64,000 nt of DNA from an uncultured virus (IMG/VR IMGVR_UViG_3300008108_000113) (lineage: Duplodnaviria > Heunggongvirae > Uroviricota > Caudoviricetes): IMG/VR virus record IMGVR_UViG_3300008108_000113; one strand, written 5' to 3'. This document shows, piece by piece, positions 49,456 to 56,645 of the stretch. A program made the translations under genes and the position numbers. The notes beneath the pieces were generated by a model. The model did not search any database, was not told where the DNA came from, and saw only the letters and a list, made by a program, of their open reading frames with translations. Position 1 is the first letter of the stretch. The number at the start of each line of letters is the position of its first letter.

Positions 49456-51262
49456 TTTTGATGATTTAATTGACATATTGGATGGCGAAGAGTTTGAAGA
49501 GCGCCCAGTAGATTTACAGACATTTGTAACTAGTCCAGACTACCTAGGTCTTCCACCACTTTCTGAATTACAATACACTTTAATTGAAAAAAGTTCTCAG
49601 ATATATAAAGAAGCAACCCTAAAGAAACTATTTGGAGAGCAAGAAGGCGAAAGAATATATAAGCAAACATGCACAGAAGTTATTGCCCAGTTAGGTAAAG
49701 GTTCTGGTAAAGATTATTCTTCTACAATAGCTGTTGCATATATTGTTTATTTACTTTTATGTTTAAAGGATCCAGCTACATATTATGGAAAGCCTCCTGG
49801 AGATTCAATTGATATTCTTAATATAGCAATTAACTCACAACAGGCCAACAACGTGTTCTTTAAGGGTTTTAAGACACGAATAGATCGCTCCCCATGGTTC
49901 ATTGGCAAGTACGACCCAAAAGCCTCTGAGATGAAATTTGACAAGGCTATAACAGTGCATTCTGGCCACTCAGAGCGTGAGGCATGGGAAGGCTATAACG
50001 TAATTGTTGTTATTCTTGATGAGATTTCAGGTTTTGCAATTGAAAATACGACTGGTCATGACCAAGCTAAAACAGCTGATGCTATTTATGAGATGTATCG
50101 TGCATCTGTTGACTCACGTTTCCCAGACTTTGGAAAGGTAATATTACTTTCATTTCCACGATTTAAAAATGATCCTATTCAAAAGTTTTATAATTCTGTA
50201 ATTGCAGATAAAGAAACTATTATTAGGTCTTATAAATTTAAGATGGACGAAGACTTGCCAGATGGAACAGAGGGAAACGAATTTGAAATTGAATGGGAAG
50301 AAGATCACATTAATTCATATTTGATACCAAAGGTTTATGCTTTAAGGCGTCCAACATGGGAGGTAAATCCTACTAGAAGCATAGAAGATTTTAAGACAGC
50401 TTTTTATAAAAATTCTTTAGACGCCCTTGGAAGATTTGCATGCATGCCTCCAGAAATGATTGATGCTTTCTTTAAGTCTAGAGAAAAAGTAGAGAAAGCT
50501 TTCAATAGTACAGGGCTTGCAGTAGATAAATTTGGAAGACTAGAGGAATGGTTTAAGCCAGACCCAGATAAAAAATATTTCCTACATGTAGACTTAGCAC
50601 AAAAGCATGACCACTGTGCAGTAGCAATGGCACATGTTGAGAGCTGGGTTAATGTAAGGGTAACTAATGAATACTCTCAGCCAGCCCCAATAGTGTCTGT
50701 GGATGCTGTTAGGTATTGGACGCCAACACCAGATAAGTCTGTAGATTTTACAGAAGTTAAAGATTACATATTATCCTTAAGAACTAGAGGATTTAATATA
50801 ACAGTCTGCACATTCGACAGATGGAACTCACATGATATGATGCAGCAGTTAAAACAATATGGAATTAATACAGAGATACTTTCTGTTGCTAAAAAACATT
50901 ATGACGATATGGCAATGGTAGTTCTAGAAGAAAGACTCCATGGTCCGCATATACCATTGCTCATAGATGAACTACTTCAGCTTAAAATTATGAGAGACAG
51001 AGTAGATCACCCTAGAAAAGGGTCTAAAGACTTGGCTGATGCGGTATGCGGTGCAATATACAATTCAATTAGCAGAACAAGGCCTAATGTAAATGATGAA
51101 GTAAATATTCATACATACGAGTCTTTTGTTGAAGATAATTATTTAGAAGAAGATCAAGAGGTTTACAGAGATAACTTAATTAGAGCACCAAGAATGCCTG
51201 AAAGATTGGCGGGAGAGATAGATAAAATGTCAAGAGCACTAGAGAATATGGAAATACTATGA
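49445..51262 (+). CDS. Terminase large subunit
   Basis: Walker A GKGSGKD, Walker B VILDE, LLSFPR, PTWEVNP, nuclease HVDLA...D, FDRW, DHP..GSKDLADA. Confidence 0.9.
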   Translation: MEFSFDDLIDILDGEEFEERPVDLQTFVTSPDYLGLPPLSELQYTLIEKSSQIYKEATLKKLFGEQEGERIYKQTCTEVIAQLGKGSGKDYSSTIAVAYIVYLLLCLKDPATYYGKPPGDSIDILNIAINSQQANNVFFKGFKTRIDRSPWFIGKYDPKASEMKFDKAITVHSGHSEREAWEGYNVIVVILDEISGFAIENTTGHDQAKTADAIYEMYRASVDSRFPDFGKVILLSFPRFKNDPIQKFYNSVIADKETIIRSYKFKMDEDLPDGTEGNEFEIEWEEDHINSYLIPKVYALRRPTWEVNPTRSIEDFKTAFYKNSLDALGRFACMPPEMIDAFFKSREKVEKAFNSTGLAVDKFGRLEEWFKPDPDKKYFLHVDLAQKHDHCAVAMAHVESWVNVRVTNEYSQPAPIVSVDAVRYWTPTPDKSVDFTEVKDYILSLRTRGFNITVCTFDRWNSHDMMQQLKQYGINTEILSVAKKHYDDMAMVVLEERLHGPHIPLLIDELLQLKIMRDRVDHPRKGSKDLADAVCGAIYNSISRTRPNVNDEVNIHTYESFVEDNYLEEDQEVYRDNLIRAPRMPERLAGEIDKMSRALENMEIL

Positions 51263-51489
51263 GCACATATCAAGAAAAAGCAAAAGAATGTAAATGCTGT
51301 GGTAAGCATGTACCTCTACCTACAGTATTAAGGGAGTACGAGGGTATAACTGTGTGCCCCACCACATTTTCCAATATTATAGAGTATAAAAGGATATGGA
51401 CATCACTAGGATCACGCCCAAACGGGTCTATAAGGAAACATTTTTCAGAATTTGTACAGCAAATTGTTGAAGATTCAAACGCTAAATAG
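51259..51489 (+). CDS. Small Cys-containing hypothetical protein
   Basis: ATGA overlap; CKCC...CPT. Confidence 0.6.
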   Translation: MSTYQEKAKECKCCGKHVPLPTVLREYEGITVCPTTFSNIIEYKRIWTSLGSRPNGSIRKHFSEFVQQIVEDSNAK

Positions 51490-51610
51490 ACTAAGATAAA
51501 TAATAATAGTTTAAGCACAAAATGGCATCCTTTAATGAATGATAAAAATGATATAATTGAGTAGTAGTCTAAATATAAAGGTAAAATAATTTTATTAATG
51601 AGGGAGAAAT

Positions 51611-52210
51611 ATGAAAAATAACATAATCTATAATGTTTTTACTAAGGATGAAATAAAAGATATCGAAACTGCAGTTTCCTTAAAAAAAGATGATACTGAA
51701 GTACAAACATTTTTGGGCAGAACAAGGCTAGATTATTCTAATAAAGATATAGACAATCTGCCTCATAGCATATTGAGTAAAGCAAATGATTTAATTAAAG
51801 AATTTTCCGATAAAGATCAAAGAAGGTATTCATTTAAATACTTCACACTTGTAGAATATAATAATGAATTTGGAATGCCACAACTGGGTCCACACAAAGA
51901 CACATGTGCTTTTACTGGGACTATATTGTGTCAATTGGATTCGAATGTGTCTTGGGATATATATGTTGAAGGAATACCGTACACTCTCATAGATAACAGT
52001 GCATTGCTAATAAATGCAAGGGACCAAGATCACTGGAGAATGCATAAAGAATTCAATGATGGGGATTATTTAAAAATGGTATTCCTACATTATTTAGATT
52101 TAGATGATCAAGAAATGAATGTGTCAAGCCCTGATCAACTACATGAGGTTAATATGAAATGGGCTCATATAACTGGCTACAAGCCAGAAGAAAGAACCTA
52201 TAACAATTAA
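51611..52210 (+). CDS. 2OG-Fe(II) oxygenase-like protein
   Basis: Y......PQLGPHKD...QL..N..W......N.AL......HWR.......FLH. Confidence 0.7.
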   Translation: MKNNIIYNVFTKDEIKDIETAVSLKKDDTEVQTFLGRTRLDYSNKDIDNLPHSILSKANDLIKEFSDKDQRRYSFKYFTLVEYNNEFGMPQLGPHKDTCAFTGTILCQLDSNVSWDIYVEGIPYTLIDNSALLINARDQDHWRMHKEFNDGDYLKMVFLHYLDLDDQEMNVSSPDQLHEVNMKWAHITGYKPEERTYNN

Positions 52211-52215
52211 CACTA

Positions 52216-52244
52216 TTGACTATTTTAATAATAATTAATATAAT
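52216..52244 (+). promoter_or_regulatory. Promoter for tRNA
   Basis: TTGACT-N17-TATAAT, 10 nt before the tRNA. Confidence 0.75.
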
Positions 52245-52254
52245 AGACAACTAG

Positions 52255-52328
52255 GCAACAGTAGCTTAGTTGGTTAAAGCCCCGAACTCATAATTCGGTA
52301 ATCGTCGGTTCAAGTCCGACCTGTTGCA
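52255..52328 (+). tRNA. tRNA with CAT anticodon (Met or lysidine-modified Ile2)
   Basis: Acceptor GCAACAG/CTGTTGC, D stem GCTT/AAGC, anticodon arm CCGAA-CTCATAA-TTCGG, T arm GTCGG-TTCAAGT-CCGAC; no encoded CCA. Confidence 0.9.
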
Positions 52329-52343
52329 CAGAAAGGTAACAAC

Positions 52344-53048
52344 ATGCTGTATTCAATTGGAGATAGTCATCAGTTCAGACTCGCATTATCTGGGAAAACA
52401 GATATTGTAAGCTACTGTAATTGGGGTCAAAGCCCACTGCCTCCCCACGAAGATTTTCCAAACCCTTCAGATTGTGTTGGGTATCATGTATCCACTTCTC
52501 GTGAACTTAGAGAAAAAATTTATTTTTCTGGATTTAGAGGTGCAACAGCATACTCTTCAACATACACAAATGGTGGATTTCCCTGCATCCTAAAAACTCT
52601 TAAAGAAGATTTTACCGTACTCCCGTCATTTGGATATATTGATATTAAAGCACACCTACCACATGAAAAAAATACAGAAGAAACCGTGTCTAGGTATGTA
52701 AATAAAACACTTTCATTCTTTAAAGGATATAATATACAATTTGTAGAACCAATTCCACAATTTATAAATCCTTTAGGAAGTGGAAATCCAAACTATGATT
52801 TTGATGACAGGTTTCCATATCATCAGGAGTTTAAATACTTTTTAAAAAAATATGTAAACGATCAAGGCTTAAATGATCCAATATCTATTGAAAACATACT
52901 GGGGGTTGATAGGCTGGATGAGTCATTTGAATGTAGTGATTGTCCAGACTGTGAAAGAGAAAGATATAAAGGAGTTAAGCTGGATCATTTAAAAAAGCCT
53001 TTTAGTCAAAAAATAGTTAACGGCATACTTGACGCTATGGGATACTAA
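52344..53048 (+). CDS. SGNH/GDSL hydrolase-like protein (putative)
   Basis: N-terminal IGDSH, GYID, C-terminal DH; SD AAAGG. Confidence 0.5.
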   Translation: MLYSIGDSHQFRLALSGKTDIVSYCNWGQSPLPPHEDFPNPSDCVGYHVSTSRELREKIYFSGFRGATAYSSTYTNGGFPCILKTLKEDFTVLPSFGYIDIKAHLPHEKNTEETVSRYVNKTLSFFKGYNIQFVEPIPQFINPLGSGNPNYDFDDRFPYHQEFKYFLKKYVNDQGLNDPISIENILGVDRLDESFECSDCPDCERERYKGVKLDHLKKPFSQKIVNGILDAMGY

Positions 53049-53066
53049 AATAAAAATGAAAAAGTT

Positions 53067-53642
53067 ATGCTAGAGCTAAGTAAAGATAATAATATATCTC
53101 TGTTAACCTATCCAAGATCTGGAAGACATTGGCTATACTGGTATATAAATACAAATACAAATTTGAAGGTTAACTTTACTCATTACGATATAAAAGAAGC
53201 AAATGACCCTACAGAAATACTTTATCAAAAAATTTTGTCTGATCCAATAATAACAATAGTTAGAAATCCAGTAGACTGCCTTTCATCAATCAATACAATG
53301 GAAGACAACGGAATGTTTATGTATAGGGCACAGCAATACTTAGACCATTATAGGTTCATGTTAGAAAACTGCTCAATATTTTTTAAATTTGAAGATTTAA
53401 AAGAAGACACAGAAAAAGTTGTAAGATACATCTGTGAAAAATTTAATGGAACTTTAGATATTAAATCAGATTCTTTTTCTGAATACGAGGCTTGGTATAA
53501 AGAAACACAAAACCCCTTTAAGCTAATTTCTTCTAAGGCTAAACCAAAGTATATAAATAATTTAGATTATATAAAGCAGATGGATCTTTCTGAGCATTAT
53601 AGACTGTACTCAATTGCAAGATTAAGATGCATAAATCTTTAA
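53067..53642 (+). CDS. Sulfotransferase-family protein
   Basis: LTYPRSGRHW (5'-PSB), IVRNPVDCLSS (3'-PB), FEDL. Confidence 0.75.
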   Translation: MLELSKDNNISLLTYPRSGRHWLYWYINTNTNLKVNFTHYDIKEANDPTEILYQKILSDPIITIVRNPVDCLSSINTMEDNGMFMYRAQQYLDHYRFMLENCSIFFKFEDLKEDTEKVVRYICEKFNGTLDIKSDSFSEYEAWYKETQNPFKLISSKAKPKYINNLDYIKQMDLSEHYRLYSIARLRCINL

Positions 53643-53685
53643 AAACTCTTTAAATATTTTAAAATATCTGATACAATTACGTTAG

Positions 53686-53758
53686 GCCCTCATAGCCCAG
53701 CGGTAGAGGCAGTGGACTTAAAATCCATCCAGCGTAGGTTCGAATCCCACTGGGGGTA
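53686..53758 (+). tRNA. tRNA-Leu(TAA), short variable arm
   Basis: Acceptor GCCCTCA/TGGGGGT, anticodon arm GTGGA-CTTAAAA-TCCAT, T loop TTCGAAT. Confidence 0.85.
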
Positions 53759-53771
53759 CAGAAAGGTAGAC

Positions 53772-54068
53772 ATGGAAGACAGCGACGACAAGATGTACGA
53801 GTATCTTCAAATGGGTGTTATTGAAGTTATTGGCATAGAAGAAGATGGCGAGTTTATATTTAAGATAACTGAACTAGCCAAGGATCTTGCACCAGAGCTA
53901 TGGGAAGTTCATGTAGAAGAAATCGATAAGATATTCATGGAGTTATTTGATATGGGCTTGGTAAATATAACATACAATGAAAATTTAGAGGCAGAGTTTG
54001 AGTTAACAGAAGAAGGCAGGGTAGTTGCCAAAGAATACGGAATCATTCCTATTGAGGATGACATATAA
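53772..54068 (+). CDS. Acidic hypothetical protein (winged-helix-like)
   Basis: SD GAAAGG then ATG 53772; lies between two tRNAs. Confidence 0.7.
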   Translation: MEDSDDKMYEYLQMGVIEVIGIEEDGEFIFKITELAKDLAPELWEVHVEEIDKIFMELFDMGLVNITYNENLEAEFELTEEGRVVAKEYGIIPIEDDI

Positions 54069-54072
54069 AAAT

Positions 54073-54145
54073 GCCTTCGTAGCTCAGGGGATAGAGCGAC
54101 GGACTTCTAATCCGCAGGTCGCTGGTTCGATTCCAGCCGAGGGCA
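54073..54145 (+). tRNA. tRNA-Arg(TCT)
   Basis: Acceptor GCCTTCG/CGAGGGC, D stem GCTC/GAGC, anticodon loop CTTCTAA, T arm GCTGG-TTCGATT-CCAGC. Confidence 0.92.
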
Positions 54146-54198
54146 CAAAATATTAAATGGTATAATAAATATAATAAAATTTCTGGGAGGAAATCAAA

Positions 54199-54828
54199 AT
54201 GACAGCGGTACAAGGATCAGCAGCAAGACTAGTAGAAGTAGCACTGGGAGAAATTGGATACATTGAAGGTCCAAAAGATAATGAAACAAAGTATGGAAAG
54301 TTTGCTAAGGCTAACTTTCAGCCATGGTGTGGATCATTCGTAATGTGGTGTGCTAACGAAGCAGGAGTAAAAGTTCCAAATACAGTTTATACTCCAACAG
54401 GAGCACAAGCATTTATTAAAGCAGGAACATGGCAGCCAGTAGAAACAGCAGCCCCAGCAGTCGGAGATATATGTTATTTTGATTTCCCAAACGATGGCGT
54501 CGATAGAATTTCTCATGTAGGAATTGTTACTGCAGTCAATGCAGATGGAACGGTAGATGTTGTAGAAGGAAATACTTCAGCAGATAAAAAGGGAGACCAG
54601 AGAAACGGCGGAGAGGCTTGCCTTAAGAATCGTGCATACAAGAAGAAGAATGGTTCAAAGCTTCGTAAGAGCCAGCCAGTATTCATTGTAGGATTTGGAA
54701 GACCAGCATTTGGAACTCCAGTAAAGACTAAGAAAGATACCACAACAAAGAAGGCAGCGCCAGTCAAAAAAGCGGCAGTAGCAAAGCCAACAAAAGGTGG
54801 CGGGGCAAAGTCAGTAGTAGCAAAGTAA
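54199..54828 (+). CDS. CHAP-domain endolysin/amidase
   Basis: A..EIGY.EG..N.TKYG, PWCGSFVMW, PAVGDI.YF, SHVGIV, EGNT, GFGRP; Lys/Ala-rich tail. Confidence 0.87.
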   Translation: MTAVQGSAARLVEVALGEIGYIEGPKDNETKYGKFAKANFQPWCGSFVMWCANEAGVKVPNTVYTPTGAQAFIKAGTWQPVETAAPAVGDICYFDFPNDGVDRISHVGIVTAVNADGTVDVVEGNTSADKKGDQRNGGEACLKNRAYKKKNGSKLRKSQPVFIVGFGRPAFGTPVKTKKDTTTKKAAPVKKAAVAKPTKGGGAKSVVAK

Positions 54829-54832
54829 AAGC

Positions 54833-55513
54833 TTGTTAAATAAATATGTAATTGTAACTGGGGCAAGCCGTGGTGTCGGGGAAGAAACATGCAAGCTCCT
54901 TTCCTCGAAGTATAACGTTATCGCTGTTTCTAGAAACATTGAAAGAATGAATGTTATTTTTTCTGAATATAAAAACATTTATCCTTATCAAATGGATGTT
55001 ACAGACTTTTCTTTATATGATAATTTTCAAAATTATATAAAAGATAAAGAGATAGTGGCATTAGTTAATAATGCGGGTGGTGGCAGCGGATCATATTTAG
55101 TAGAAAATGATTTGCCTGAGTCATGGCAGTACGCATATAATTTAAATGTTGTTTCTCCAATGAGTCTTTCTAAAATGGTTATTCCCATTATGAAAAAAAA
55201 TGGCTATGGTGATATAATAATTATAACTTCTATTTGTGGATACTATCCATATAAAAAAGGTGGACACTACTCAACTGCAAAACGTGGTGCCATATCTTTG
55301 GCAGAAACGCTAAGAATAGAAATGTCTGGATCTGGAATTAAGATTTCTCAAATAGCTCCAGGAAGCATAGATACTAATCAAAAAGTTAAAAACGATATAG
55401 CAATACAAGCAAAAGATGTGGCTGAAGCCATTAGATGGATTATTGAACTTCCACCAACAGTCAATGTTGATTCTATGACAATAATGCATCCAGAAAATCA
55501 AAGACACGGATAG
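54833..55513 (+). CDS. Short-chain dehydrogenase/reductase
   Basis: TGASRGVG, NNAG, YSTAK (YxxxK), PG. Confidence 0.88.
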   Translation: MLNKYVIVTGASRGVGEETCKLLSSKYNVIAVSRNIERMNVIFSEYKNIYPYQMDVTDFSLYDNFQNYIKDKEIVALVNNAGGGSGSYLVENDLPESWQYAYNLNVVSPMSLSKMVIPIMKKNGYGDIIIITSICGYYPYKKGGHYSTAKRGAISLAETLRIEMSGSGIKISQIAPGSIDTNQKVKNDIAIQAKDVAEAIRWIIELPPTVNVDSMTIMHPENQRHG

Positions 55514-55521
55514 GATAAAAA

Positions 55522-55926
55522 ATGTTTGAATATTATGTAAAAAAGGTTACTAATGTTGTTGACGGAGATACAATTGATGTTGACATTGATTTAGGATTTA
55601 GTATATCTTATTCACAAAGAGTGAGACTTGCTGGTATAGATACTCCAGAAAGCCGTACATCAGATAAAGCAGAAAAAGTTTTAGGACTGGAGTCAAAAGA
55701 ATTTCTTAAGTCTAAAATTAAAGATGCTAAAACCGTTGTGATAAAGACAGAAAAAATGGATAGCTCAGAAAAATATGGAAGAATATTAGGCTGGGTATAT
55801 TTAGATGGATCAAGTATTTCTATAAATGAGCAAATGATCGCTGATGGTTACGCTTGGGGATATCTAGGAGACACAAAAGTAAAAGACTTCGAGGCACTTG
55901 CAAAGATAAGGGCTAAAAAGAAGTAG
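55522..55926 (+). CDS. Thermonuclease (SNase-like)
   Basis: VVDGDTI, RLAGIDTPE, KYGRILG. Confidence 0.88.
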   Translation: MFEYYVKKVTNVVDGDTIDVDIDLGFSISYSQRVRLAGIDTPESRTSDKAEKVLGLESKEFLKSKIKDAKTVVIKTEKMDSSEKYGRILGWVYLDGSSISINEQMIADGYAWGYLGDTKVKDFEALAKIRAKKK

Positions 55927-55952
55927 ACAAACTATAAATATTTTGTTATAAT
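55924..55952 (+). promoter_or_regulatory. hsp20 promoter
   Basis: TAGACA-N17-TATAAT with TG extension. Confidence 0.7.
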
Positions 55953-56017
55953 AATATATGGATCGCTCAATAGAGGGTCCATATATTAACTTATTCGCTT
56001 GAAGGAGGAATAAAATG
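55953..56017 (+). promoter_or_regulatory. ROSE-like RNA thermometer in hsp20 5' UTR (putative)
   Basis: Two hairpins; in the second, TTATTCGCTT-GAAG-GAGGAATAA pairs UCGCU with SD AGGA and leaves a bulged G. Confidence 0.6.
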
Positions 56018-56324
56018 GTAACACAATTTGCTATGGATCTTTTTAAGGATCCATTTTTTATTGGTTTCAACCGAGAGTTGGAACGATTTAATAGTCTAAG
56101 TATCTATAGAGGACGGAAGTCTTTGGATTACTGGTGAAATCACAGAGGTAATTGATGCAGAGGTTGTTCATAAAGGAATAGCTGCACGTAAATTTACTAG
56201 AATCTTTGAACTAAGTGAGTACATGGAAGTTTCTAATGTTGAACTTAAAGATGGTATGCTACATATCAGAGTAATTAGAAATGTTCCAGCAGAAAAGAAG
56301 CCAAAGATTCTAAAAATTAAATAA
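56015..56324 (+). pseudogene. Hsp20/IbpA small heat-shock protein, internally deleted and frameshifted
   Basis: MVTQFAMDLFKDPFFIGFNRELERFNSLS in one frame; VSIEDGSLWITG...HKGIAARKFTRIFEL...LKDGMLHI...PAEKKPKILKIK in another frame from 56100; the PPYN..VAGF segment is missing. Confidence 0.8.
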
Positions 56325-56392
56325 TCTTCGATTCGCTACCGAAGGAGACCTGAGCAAGTCTTTAAAAGGCTCACTACAATCAAAGGATAAAA

Positions 56393-56581
56393 ATGCCAGT
56401 ATATGAGTATAAGTGTACAGAAGATGAGTCACATGCACTTCTTTCTGTGACAAGATCTATCTCTGAGGATGACCCAGGATATGTTTGTGAAGAATGTGAG
56501 TCTTTAATGTCTAGACACTTCACCCCATTTGGCGTACAATTTAAGGGCCAAGGCTTTTATAAAACTGATAATCCTAAGTAA
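56393..56581 (+). CDS. FmdB-family zinc-ribbon protein
   Basis: MPVYEYKC...H...CEEC...M.R.....VQFKGQGFYKTD. Confidence 0.82.
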   Translation: MPVYEYKCTEDESHALLSVTRSISEDDPGYVCEECESLMSRHFTPFGVQFKGQGFYKTDNPK

Positions 56582-56645
56582 TTAAAACTTAAATCTGATA
56601 TAATTACTATGTAATGCAACAAGTGTGTTACTTAGGAGATCCTAA

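Noticed and set aside
53712..53771. N-terminal extension of ORF 53712..54068
   Set aside because: It overlaps tRNA-Leu; the SD and ATG at 53772 give the real start.
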